Source: an uncultured bacterium (GTDB taxonomy: Bacteria; Patescibacteriota; Minisyncoccia; Phycocordibacterales; GWA1-40-21). Taken from it: DNA of 64,000 nt. Positions 45,589 through 55,384 of the stretch are shown piece after piece. The notes under the pieces were generated by a model. The model had not been told where the DNA came from and ran no database searches. It worked only from the letters and a program-made list of their open reading frames with translations. Position numbers and translations under genes: made by a program. Each line of letters starts with the position of its first letter. Position 1 is the stretch's first letter. The stretch is from NCBI GenBank assembly GCA_963716205.1, contig OY970290.1, positions 175,417-239,416 on the forward strand, given 5' to 3'.

Positions 45589-48105
45589 ATGAAAAAGCAG
45601 GATATTGCGAAAGCTTCATCAACTGAAGTATTCAACAAACTCACGAGTTCCGCAGCCGGATTGTCTGAAGAAGAGGCAAATAAAAGATTATCGGAGCATG
45701 GAGAAAATACATTCAAGAAAGACAGCAATACTGCTATCACAATATTCGTGAGCCAATTCAAAAGCTCGCTGATTTATCTTTTGATTATTGCCGCTGCGAT
45801 TTCATTTTTTCTGCAAGACTTTGTAGACGGTATTATTATTCTTGTTATTTTATTGCTCAACGCATTTCTCGGATTTTTCCAAGAATACCGTTCCGAAAAA
45901 GCTGTGGAGAAACTATCCAAACTTGTCGAAAAGAAAACCCTGGTGATTCGAGGCGGAGAGAAAAAAATTATTGACGAAAAATCAATTGTTATTGGGGACA
46001 TTGTCATAGTGCGGGAGGGTGACATCATACCTGCTGATATGAAACTGTTTGAAACGGACGATCTTTTGGTGAATGAATCTCAATTGACCGGAGAATCCGC
46101 CTCTCTTCTCAAAGCCGCCGATGCAAAAGAAGATACAACGCTTCTTTTTGCGGGAAGCATTGTTGAAAAAGGTGCCGGAAAAGGAATTGTCTATGCGACG
46201 GGAAATGACACTGAGCTGGGCACAATCGCAGCACTCTCGCAGAGTACAAAAAAGACAACACAATACGAAAAATCATTGCGTGATTTCAGCAATTTTCTCA
46301 TGCGGATCATCTTGCTCGTGCTCGCTATCGTTTTTATCGGAAAAATAATCATTACTCATGATTTTTCCCACATCACCTCGATGTTTCTTTTTGTCGTTGC
46401 ACTTGCGATTACGGTTATTCCGGAAGCGATGCCGGTCATTGCCATTGTGACGCTGTCGAAAGGCGCACTTCGCCTTGCGGAAAAGCACGTTGTTGTGAAA
46501 AGACTTTCGGCGATTGAAGATTTGGGAAATATCAATTTATTATGCACCGACAAAACGGGAACACTGACTGAGAATACTTTGAAAATCACCGATATCGTAT
46601 CCGTCAACAAAGAACTTTTTGAAACGTTTGCGTATGCTTCGATTGACACTTTTGGAACAAAAAAGAAAAAAATAACCGATGCATTTGATATCGCATTTTC
46701 CAATTATCTTTCCGCTGAAATAAAAAAGAAAGCATCATCATTTATCCAATTGAAAGAATTGCCGTTTGATCCGAGTTCGCGGCGCCGATGGGTCATTTTG
46801 GAAAATTCAAAAGACAAAAAGAACTACCTGATTGAAATAGGCTCGACAGAATCTCTCCTCGACATTGCAAAAAGTGAGAATAAAAAAGAAATTCTGGACA
46901 ATCTGAAACAGGATGGTATGCAGGGAGTACGGCATTTGGCCATCGCGTATAAGGAAATTGTTTATACGGAAAATTTTGATATTCTCAAAAATGAAGATCA
47001 CCTCATATTTTTGGGATACGCAAAAATGGTTGACCCGCTTCGATCAACGGCAAAAGAAACGATCAGACTTGCCGAAACGCTCGGCGTCCGCATCAAGATT
47101 TTGACCGGCGACAGCAAAGAGGTCGCGAGATATGTCGGATTAGAAGTCGGTCTTTTATCAAATACGAACGATCCGGTCTACACCGGAGATGAGTTTGAAA
47201 AGATGTCGAATGAAGAAAAAAGCAAAGCAGTGCTCGCCTGCACTATTTTTGCGCAGGTTACTCCCGAGCAGAAATACGCCATTATCGGACTTCTGAAAAA
47301 TACTTATGTGATTGGCTACCAAGGAGACGGCATCAATGACGCGCCGTCGCTCAAGCTTGCCGATGTGGCGATCGCCGTTGATAATGCGACGGATGTTGCA
47401 AAAGACAGCGCTGACATTATTTTGCTGAAAAAAGATTTGGAAGTGGTCGTGAGCGGGATAAAATACGGAAGGGAAATTTTTGTCAATATCAATAAATATA
47501 TCAAACATACGATGGTGGGAAATTTTGGCAGTTTTCTTTCCATCGCGATACTCTATCTGGTCGCCGTCAGTTTGCCGCAGTTGCCGATACAGTTGCTTCT
47601 CGGAAATCTTCTGCAGGATCTTCCATTATTGAGCGTTTTTTCGGACAATGTCGATCTCAATGAAGTCAAACAGCCGGAAAAATACGATATTCGCTCGCTC
47701 ATGTTCATTTCCTTGTTTCTCGGAACATTTACTGCCATATATTATTTTATTTATTTTGCTTTTCTTGGATTTAATTTTTCCATTCCTGCCTTGCAAACAA
47801 ATTTATTTATTTTTCTGACCTTTACCCAATTGATCGTCATTCTTTCGGTCAGAAATAAAAGGCATCTCTGGCAAGGCAAGAAACCATCGCTGCTTGTTCT
47901 CGGATCAGTCACCGGATTTCTTCTTCTTACACTCGCCATGATATACATAACGCCGATCGCGCATCTTTTCTCATTTGCACCTCTTCCGCTCGTTTCGATT
48001 TGTACCATTCTTATTTTTAGTATCGGATACATCCTTTTGCTCGACTATATCAAGGTGTATTATTTCTCATTTCAAGAACGCAAAAAGCAAAAAGTGTTTT
48101 CATGA
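45589..48105 (+). CDS. cation-transporting P-type ATPase (type II/III; Ca2+ or Mg2+ family)
   Basis: 838 aa; phosphorylation motif CTDKTGTLTEN, TGDSK and hinge GDGINDAPSLKLADVAIAV motifs, 10 TM architecture; TM4 motif PEAMP. Confidence 0.9.
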   Translation: MKKQDIAKASSTEVFNKLTSSAAGLSEEEANKRLSEHGENTFKKDSNTAITIFVSQFKSSLIYLLIIAAAISFFLQDFVDGIIILVILLLNAFLGFFQEYRSEKAVEKLSKLVEKKTLVIRGGEKKIIDEKSIVIGDIVIVREGDIIPADMKLFETDDLLVNESQLTGESASLLKAADAKEDTTLLFAGSIVEKGAGKGIVYATGNDTELGTIAALSQSTKKTTQYEKSLRDFSNFLMRIILLVLAIVFIGKIIITHDFSHITSMFLFVVALAITVIPEAMPVIAIVTLSKGALRLAEKHVVVKRLSAIEDLGNINLLCTDKTGTLTENTLKITDIVSVNKELFETFAYASIDTFGTKKKKITDAFDIAFSNYLSAEIKKKASSFIQLKELPFDPSSRRRWVILENSKDKKNYLIEIGSTESLLDIAKSENKKEILDNLKQDGMQGVRHLAIAYKEIVYTENFDILKNEDHLIFLGYAKMVDPLRSTAKETIRLAETLGVRIKILTGDSKEVARYVGLEVGLLSNTNDPVYTGDEFEKMSNEEKSKAVLACTIFAQVTPEQKYAIIGLLKNTYVIGYQGDGINDAPSLKLADVAIAVDNATDVAKDSADIILLKKDLEVVVSGIKYGREIFVNINKYIKHTMVGNFGSFLSIAILYLVAVSLPQLPIQLLLGNLLQDLPLLSVFSDNVDLNEVKQPEKYDIRSLMFISLFLGTFTAIYYFIYFAFLGFNFSIPALQTNLFIFLTFTQLIVILSVRNKRHLWQGKKPSLLVLGSVTGFLLLTLAMIYITPIAHLFSFAPLPLVSICTILIFSIGYILLLDYIKVYYFSFQERKKQKVFS

Positions 48106-48273
48106 GAAAATCACATACAGACGATATCTTAAAAAGGAAAAAATTATTTACAATAAAAAAATCTCCCACAAGCTTGCGCTCATGAGAGGTTTTCTTTCAA
48201 CATATTTAGGTACTTTGTTTTAAAACTTGCAATTGCTGCGATGTCCAGAGTTTCAATTTGTCAGCGACGAACA

Positions 48274-48450
48274 CTAAACTGCCGGCAAGAACTGCGCCTG
48301 TGATGCCACACATCCAAACTTTTCCGAGAAATAATCCGATTCCAGTAGGAATCCGAATACAATCCCAATTGCATTGAACCATGAATTAAATTGAATTCCG
48401 ACAGCCCAGCTAAGGAAGGCACATAGCCTAGCAAAGAAAAATCGTTTCAT
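48274..48450 (-). CDS. small hydrophobic/secreted protein (58 aa), hypothetical
   Basis: Minus-strand ATG at 48450 preceded by AAAGGAGAAAAG SD; MKRFFFARLCAFLSWAVGIQFNSWFNAIGIVFGFLLESDYFSEKFGCVASQAQFLPAV; below the 60-aa ORF-track cutoff. Confidence 0.4.
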   Translation of the reverse strand: MKRFFFARLCAFLSWAVGIQFNSWFNAIGIVFGFLLESDYFSEKFGCVASQAQFLPAV

Positions 48451-48576
48451 TTCTTTTCTCCTTTTTATTTTCTACAGAGTTTTCAAAAACAATCCACCTG
48501 AATATCAAGGTACAAACCTATTTGGACTTCACCGTTTTATATGGCAGATGTCAAATTTTTGTGATATAATTTCCGC

Positions 48577-49662
48577 ATGAAATTGATGTTCAAAAAATGG
48601 CTCAAAATATCAACTTTTTTCCTTTTTATTTTGCCAATATTCTTTTTTGCTAATGTTTCCGTCGCGAAAGCGGATATTTTTTCCGAGATGTCGAATGGCG
48701 TGGCGACATTTGTCCATTTCATTGCTCTCGGTTTTTCTGGAGTCCAGCAAAGCATTTGCAATCTTTCGGTGTCTCCGGAGGACCAGTCAAGCTTCGGCCA
48801 GATGAAAATAAATCTGCAGAAAACATTTTGTGGCGGGTATGTTTCGCCGACTTTACTTAGCAACAATACTAATACTGCAACTTCAACAGATTTTTTCAAT
48901 TCCGATAATTTATTTACTTTTTCAATTCCCGGTGCGCTTCTGCCGACTGCGGTGCCGAATGTATCTGATACTAGTTTATTTATTTCAAGCTCTTCGGCTG
49001 GAACTTCCGTCTCTGTTGTTGAAAATGTAACTTCAACTTCAACACCAACTCCGATTTCGATTCCGGCGACAACAACCGACACAGCATATCTTCCCGGCGG
49101 ACTTTCCGGAACGACAACTCAAAACGGCGTTGATCTCAACAGTAGTGAAATTATTTATTGGACAAATATAAACAGGGGAGACAACGGACTTCCATCTCTT
49201 GATGAAAATAATACATTGGATACAATTGCGGCAATCCGCGTTGCTGATATGTTTGCCAAGCAATATTTTGACCACTATTCTCCGACCGGCGACAATGTTT
49301 CGCTTGAAGCAAATGCAAATGGATATCAATATATAACAATCGGCGAAAATATTGCACTCGGCAATTTTGGAAGCTCGCGAGATTTGGTAGATGCATGGAT
49401 GGCGAGCCCCGGACATCGCGCAAATATTTTGAATACGAGCTATATGGAAATTGGCGTTTCGGCGGAGGAGGGGATGTATCAAGGAAACGAAGTCTGGATA
49501 GCATCCGAGGTTTTTGGCGAACCGCTTTCGAAATGCACCGAGCCTGATGGATCTCTCAAACAAGAAATTGCGAGCAGCACAGGAATGACAAATACAGAAC
49601 TGCAAACTTTGGTAAATGAATACAATCAACAAGTCGCGGCGTTCAATGCTTGCATCCAATAA
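48577..49662 (+). CDS. secreted CAP/SCP/PR-1 (YkwD-like) domain protein with Ser/Thr-rich linker
   Basis: 361 aa; signal peptide, low-complexity T/S region, C-terminal CAP domain (AWMASPGHRANILNTSYMEIGVS). Confidence 0.7.
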   Translation: MKLMFKKWLKISTFFLFILPIFFFANVSVAKADIFSEMSNGVATFVHFIALGFSGVQQSICNLSVSPEDQSSFGQMKINLQKTFCGGYVSPTLLSNNTNTATSTDFFNSDNLFTFSIPGALLPTAVPNVSDTSLFISSSSAGTSVSVVENVTSTSTPTPISIPATTTDTAYLPGGLSGTTTQNGVDLNSSEIIYWTNINRGDNGLPSLDENNTLDTIAAIRVADMFAKQYFDHYSPTGDNVSLEANANGYQYITIGENIALGNFGSSRDLVDAWMASPGHRANILNTSYMEIGVSAEEGMYQGNEVWIASEVFGEPLSKCTEPDGSLKQEIASSTGMTNTELQTLVNEYNQQVAAFNACIQ

Positions 49663-49668
49663 ATTTTC

Positions 49669-50163
49669 ATGACTCTCACACCGCATTCCATTGTCGGCGC
49701 CGCTATTGCCAACCTTATGCCGGGGAATCCCGAGCTCGCTTTTGCGCTTGCTTATGCCAGCCATTATGCGCTCGATACGATACCGCATCGCGATTACGAT
49801 ATCGATCATTTTTTTGACAAGGATGAAAAAAATTTCAGATCCGTTTTTACCAATGCAAAAGCCCGACTGAATTTATTGACCATCGGGCTCGATGTTGTCA
49901 TCGGAGTCGGCATCTGTTTTTTGTTATTCGTCAGAAACAGGCAAAGCTGTATTCTCACCTGCATCGGAATTTTCGGCGGATTACTGCCGGATTTTTTCCA
50001 GTTTTTATATTACAAATTCAAGAATCAGCCGTGGATATTTTTCCAAAAAATCCACAATTTTTTCCACAGCTATAATAAAATGGAAGACAAACCAATCCGG
50101 GGAACCCTCATCCAGTTCGTCGCACCAATAGTATTTATTGCGATTTATTTTTGCTTACGATAA
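49669..50163 (+). CDS. membrane protein, possibly DUF457/YdjM-like metal-dependent hydrolase
   Basis: 164 aa; MTLTPHSIVGAAIANLM...HYALDTIPHRD resembles the His-rich start of membrane-bound metal-dependent hydrolases; weak. Confidence 0.35.
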   Translation: MTLTPHSIVGAAIANLMPGNPELAFALAYASHYALDTIPHRDYDIDHFFDKDEKNFRSVFTNAKARLNLLTIGLDVVIGVGICFLLFVRNRQSCILTCIGIFGGLLPDFFQFLYYKFKNQPWIFFQKIHNFFHSYNKMEDKPIRGTLIQFVAPIVFIAIYFCLR

Positions 50164-50874
50164 CGATTTCAAAAGTTTTTTCAGTTCTTCGCCTTCGATT
50201 TTCCTGAATTGCCCCGGTTTGAGATTGCCAAGCTCTATATTCATGACACGGGTTCTTTTCAAGCTTTCAATGGCAATGGCAAACGCATCGCACATCCTTC
50301 GTATCTGATGTTTCTTGCCTTCAGAAAGGGTGATGGCGAATGCATGATCACCGAGATATTTTGTTTTGCATGGTCTCGTCTGGATGCCGCCCTCGAGATT
50401 CATGCCGCGCTCCATGACTTTGAGCTGGTGCTCTTTTATCGGCGTTCGTGTTTTTACGACATATTCTTTGTCATGATCATAGACAGGATTTAAAAGTTTA
50501 TCGGTAATCCTGCCGTTGTTTGTCAGGAGAATCAATCCCTCCGAATCTTTATCAAGCCTGCCGATTGGGAAAACACCCTTGATATTGACGCTATCAGTGA
50601 CGTCTTTTTCTCCTTTTTTCTGTTTGTTGGTGATCAGTCCGCGTGGTTTGTAATAAGCGTAATACGAAAAATCATTTTTGATTTTTTCCCGGAGTTCAAC
50701 TTTATCTGCTAACTTCACTTTGTCGCCGAGCACTGCTTTGCGGTCATTGATAAAAACTCTTCCGGCTGCAACTTTCTTGTCGGCATTTCTGCGGGTAAGA
50801 TTGTATTTGTCAGCAAGAAATTTATTGATCCTGGTTTCCGCCGGTTTCATTTCTTTTTTTTCGGGAGTTATCAT
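50155..50874 (-). CDS. rRNA pseudouridine synthase (RsuA/RluB family) with N-terminal S4 domain
   Basis: 239 aa; S4 region RINKFLADKYNLTRRNADKKVAAGRVFIND, catalytic PIGRLDKDSEGLILLTNNG (conserved Asp). Confidence 0.85.
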   Translation of the reverse strand: MITPEKKEMKPAETRINKFLADKYNLTRRNADKKVAAGRVFINDRKAVLGDKVKLADKVELREKIKNDFSYYAYYKPRGLITNKQKKGEKDVTDSVNIKGVFPIGRLDKDSEGLILLTNNGRITDKLLNPVYDHDKEYVVKTRTPIKEHQLKVMERGMNLEGGIQTRPCKTKYLGDHAFAITLSEGKKHQIRRMCDAFAIAIESLKRTRVMNIELGNLKPGQFRKIEGEELKKLLKSLS

Positions 50875-50903
50875 GGATAGACTCTAGCACGAATGCCAAG
50901 AAT

Positions 50904-51545
50904 TTGAAATTATGCTACTATGTTTCGGTCATGCACGAAGCGTACGTCATCAGCACCATAGAACAATTTTCTTACATCGCGATATTTCTTTTTGCGCTCG
51001 GCGCGGGGTATGTTGTTCCGGTTCCGGAAGAAATCATCCTGCTCATCACCGGATACATGGCGAGTAATTACATCATTCATCTCACCCCGGCGATTTTCAT
51101 TGTCATTATTGCGTTTATTATCGGCGATAATATTTTATACCGGCTCACACTTAAAAATAACAAACATGTGACAAAGCTCATCAATGAAGTGCTTTCCATT
51201 AAATTTATCACCAAGCACAAACCATGGTTGGAAAAACACATCAATACGACGATTTTCTTCACGCGCTTCGTGCCATTTCTGCGCTTTGTCGGTCCGGTTT
51301 TTGCCGGATATACCAAGACGAAAGAAAGGACATTTATGATTTTTAATACTTTGGCGATTGCTATTTATGCGCCGTTTGTCATCTGGGTTGGATATTTTTT
51401 TCACAATGATTACACGTTGATTGTAAACAGCATCGGCAGAGTACGGCACGTGATAGTTATTTTTGCATGGATCATTGTCGGGCTTATCATCACCCGCATC
51501 GTGGATTATTTCTTTCAGAAAGATGAAAAAGCAAACAGAAAATAA
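50904..51545 (+). CDS. DedA/VTT-domain membrane protein
   Basis: 213 aa; FALGAGYVVPVPEEIILLITGYMAS matches the DedA signature, multiple TM. Confidence 0.7.
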   Translation: MKLCYYVSVMHEAYVISTIEQFSYIAIFLFALGAGYVVPVPEEIILLITGYMASNYIIHLTPAIFIVIIAFIIGDNILYRLTLKNNKHVTKLINEVLSIKFITKHKPWLEKHINTTIFFTRFVPFLRFVGPVFAGYTKTKERTFMIFNTLAIAIYAPFVIWVGYFFHNDYTLIVNSIGRVRHVIVIFAWIIVGLIITRIVDYFFQKDEKANRK

Positions 51546-51548
51546 TTT

Positions 51549-52289
51549 TTACTCTTGTCGGTATGGAGCGGCTTTGATGATATCGATGATTTCATCTTCG
51601 GTATCGACGACGGTGTAAATATTCATGTCTTCTTCGCCGATCGTGCTATTTTCCACAAAAAGTTTCTGTTTGATGACTTTCATGAACGGCATCCAGAATT
51701 CGCTGCCGACGAGAATGACCGGCGTCCGCTCGATTTTATTTGTCTGGATCGAAGTGACAAGGGAAAACAATTCGTCAAACGTTCCGAATCCTCCTGGATA
51801 ATAGACGTAAGCTTCGGCAGCAAAAAATAAAAGCGTTTGGCGATCGAAAAAATATTGGAAATCCGCCGTTTCAGTGACATACGGATTTGTTTTTTGCTCT
51901 TTCGGAAGCTCTATGGTAAAGCCGATGGAAACGCCGCCGGCTTCAAACGCACCTTTATTCGCCGCTTCCATGATTCCCGGACCGCCACCGGTAACGATTG
52001 CGTATTTGAGTTCGGTGACGATTCTTTTTGCGGTTGATTCGGCATGTTTGTAATATTTGCTGTTTTGAGCGAAGCGCGCCGAGCCGAGAATGCTGATCGT
52101 CCGCGGATATTTTTTTATCAGAGCATAGCCGCGATCGAGCTCTGCAAGGGTGATTTTCTCGCGATTTTTAATAACCATTTCCATTTTTGCAATGGTAATG
52201 GGTCCTGCTTCAATATGATTGTCTCGAACAATTTCCCGGTCTTCACTGACTCCCATGTCTTTTTTTGAAAACAAGTTTTTTAATTTCAT
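51549..52289 (-). CDS. LOG-family protein (cytokinin riboside 5'-monophosphate phosphoribohydrolase-like)
   Basis: 246 aa; SILGSARFAQNSKYYKHAESTAKRIVTELKYAIVTGGGPGIMEAANKGAFEAGG...PGGFGTFDELFS. Confidence 0.8.
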   Translation of the reverse strand: MKLKNLFSKKDMGVSEDREIVRDNHIEAGPITIAKMEMVIKNREKITLAELDRGYALIKKYPRTISILGSARFAQNSKYYKHAESTAKRIVTELKYAIVTGGGPGIMEAANKGAFEAGGVSIGFTIELPKEQKTNPYVTETADFQYFFDRQTLLFFAAEAYVYYPGGFGTFDELFSLVTSIQTNKIERTPVILVGSEFWMPFMKVIKQKLFVENSTIGEEDMNIYTVVDTEDEIIDIIKAAPYRQE

Positions 52290-52395
52290 AAAGGAAAGTA
52301 TAACATATCATATGTGAAAAACGAGCATTGTTATTTTTTTTCGTCTTGGTATAATAGGACGAATATTAGTATTAACAATAATTTAATTTTTAATT

Positions 52396-52911
52396 ATGGA
52401 TAAAAAAACAGGAATTGCTGTCGCCGTTGCGGTCGTCGTCGTACTCATCATATTTGGCGGATACAATTTAATCAGTGGCATGTTTGGTGGAACAAGTGCA
52501 AATAATACCAGCAATATAAATAACGCGAATACTCAAGCTTCCGATACCGGCACGAGTACTCTAAATACAACAACAATGCAAAATCCAACACAATTAGAGA
52601 TACAAGATGTGACAGTGGGAACGGGCACAGAAGCAGTCGCTGGAAATCAGGTTACGGTCAATTACACCGGTGAGCTTACCGATGGAACCGTTTTTGACAG
52701 TTCGCTTAATCCCGGAAGAACCCCGTTTACGTTCACACTTGGCGCGGGACAAGTCATCCAGGGATGGGACGAGGGTGTTGCCGGCATGAAAGTCGGAGGC
52801 AAAAGAATTCTCGTGATTCCGGCATCGCTCGGATATGGAGCTCAAGCAAACGGTCCGATCCCTGCAAATTCCACTTTGATTTTCCAAGTTGAATTGCTGA
52901 GTGTGAAATAA
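52396..52911 (+). CDS. FKBP-type peptidyl-prolyl cis-trans isomerase, membrane-anchored
   Basis: 171 aa; N-terminal TM then FKBP domain VTVNYTGELTDGTVFDSS...GAGQVIQGWDEGVAGMKVGGKRILVIPASLGYG. Confidence 0.85.
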   Translation: MDKKTGIAVAVAVVVVLIIFGGYNLISGMFGGTSANNTSNINNANTQASDTGTSTLNTTTMQNPTQLEIQDVTVGTGTEAVAGNQVTVNYTGELTDGTVFDSSLNPGRTPFTFTLGAGQVIQGWDEGVAGMKVGGKRILVIPASLGYGAQANGPIPANSTLIFQVELLSVK

Positions 52912-52913
52912 AA

Positions 52914-53042
52914 GCTCGCTCGGCGGCGCATTTCAAAAGCACGATAAAATCGCACTCACCAGTGCGATTTTTCTCTGCTCAAAAAATTTCCTACTGAAAA
53001 TTTTTCTTCGCACGTCTTTTGAAATGCGCCGTCTCGCTCGCG
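52914..53042. repeat. about 130-bp element bounded by 16-26-nt terminal inverted repeats, enclosing the fkbp terminator
   Basis: Left arm gctcgctcggcggcgcatttcaaaag (52914-52939) and right arm cttttgaaatgcgccgtctcgctcgcg (53016-53042): 16 contiguous complementary nt plus flanking partial pairing; the enclosed terminator 52947-52976 is listed separately. Confidence 0.5.
52947..52976 (+). terminator. rho-independent terminator after fkbp
   Basis: aaatcgcact-cacc-agtgcgattt 10-bp perfect stem followed by TTTTCTCT. Confidence 0.65.
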
Positions 53043-53048
53043 ATTTAA

Positions 53049-54293
<1,245 letters not shown>

Positions 54294-54298
54294 AAAAA

Positions 54299-54321
54299 AG
54301 GTCGCGACGAATGTCGCGACC
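54299..54321. terminator. terminator hairpin (T-run on minus strand) between tgt and the convergent minus-strand gene
   Basis: ggtcgcgac-gaat-gtcgcgacc perfect 9-bp stem; A8 run upstream gives a T-run for the minus-strand transcript. Confidence 0.5.
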
Positions 54322-54333
54322 AGTGGGCAAATG

Positions 54334-54801
54334 TTATAACTGCTGATGTTTGAATGTTTCTTCCACAGCAGAAAAAAACTTCATTTGCTCGTTGAACGGT
54401 AAAAACGCAATGAACATTAATGATTTATCATTGTTTTGAGCAGCTTTCACATGAAGCTTCTCAAGATACGCTTGTTCAAGACATTGGCTAAACGCATCAT
54501 GATTATAAGCTCTTTTGCGTTTTTCAATAAAATCTCGCAGGAATATGAGCTGACCCTTTTCTGACGGAGTATTTCCTGGATAAACGAGATCATACAGATC
54601 AAGACATTCCCATATTTCATTTGCAGTCATTTTCGTGGGAATGACAAATGGTAAAAATAATTTTTCCAGTCGATTCAACTCAATTTTATACAAGCTGTAT
54701 TTTCCTTGATACAGCATTTTTGTTTTTTGTTGGGTTGAATGCCATATTTTTATTGCATTGTACGCGCGCAAAAGCAGTTTTTTCTTCTGATTATTTATCA
54801 C
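54334..54801 (-). CDS. hypothetical protein
   Basis: 155 aa minus-strand ORF, no motif. Confidence 0.4.
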   Translation of the reverse strand: MINNQKKKLLLRAYNAIKIWHSTQQKTKMLYQGKYSLYKIELNRLEKLFLPFVIPTKMTANEIWECLDLYDLVYPGNTPSEKGQLIFLRDFIEKRKRAYNHDAFSQCLEQAYLEKLHVKAAQNNDKSLMFIAFLPFNEQMKFFSAVEETFKHQQL

Positions 54802-54924
54802 GAGCGTCCCCCTTTACAAAGATCACAAGTATCCTTTTCCACTATCTACAATACCACATAAGTGTTGTCGGTCAATCAAGAAAAATGGCATCACCGCAAG
54901 CGGTGATGCCATGAAAATCATTTC

Positions 54925-55311
54925 TTATTTTGGACCGAAGACTGAACTTTCCATAGCTTGTCCTCTTAAATTCTTCACCCGTTGTCCGGTGAGATTCAAA
55001 TTTTTTGCTTGTTCTTGCACAAATTTTTCAACGTCTGCTCTCTTCCTCGCTTTTTTGGAAAGGGGAGCTTTTTTCTTTTGTCCATTCTGTGACATCAACT
55101 TCCTCATTTTTTTTAATTTCGCGCGACGTTTTCTTGCGACCTCGCGGATAAAAATACTATTTTTTCTCGTCGTTTTTTCAAAAAGATCTTGAAATGTTGA
55201 TTTAAATCCTGTCAGATTTTGACTGATGCTTTCTGGATTCTCGAGATTAACATTAAACCTTTTTTCATACCTTCTGCTTGTCAATCTCGCCATATCTAAA
55301 TTCATTGTCAT
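54925..55311 (-). CDS. hypothetical basic (Lys/Arg-rich) protein
   Basis: 128 aa minus-strand ORF, strongly basic C-terminal half (ARKRRAKLKKMRKLMSQNGQKKKAPLSKKARKRA). Confidence 0.4.
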   Translation of the reverse strand: MTMNLDMARLTSRRYEKRFNVNLENPESISQNLTGFKSTFQDLFEKTTRKNSIFIREVARKRRAKLKKMRKLMSQNGQKKKAPLSKKARKRADVEKFVQEQAKNLNLTGQRVKNLRGQAMESSVFGPK

Positions 55312-55384
55312 GATTTTTCTCCAAGGAACGAAATTTTCAAAAAGCTTGAACTTCTATTCGAAATGCTACATAATCACGGAGTAA

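Noticed and set aside
48237-48455. Possible frameshifted longer membrane protein overlapping the 58-aa minus-strand gene
   Set aside because: A second frame also reads hydrophobic-protein-like (…GIGLFLGKVWMCGITGAVLAGSLVFVADKL…), but the 58-aa frame alone has a start, a strong SD and a stop. The alternative-frame resemblance is probably the usual hydrophobic bias of T-rich sequence.
49039-49809. 256-aa minus-strand ORF overlapping the CAP-domain gene
   Set aside because: Lies entirely antisense to a well-supported secreted CAP-domain gene plus part of the next gene; Cys/Arg-rich composition typical of antisense frames; no SD.
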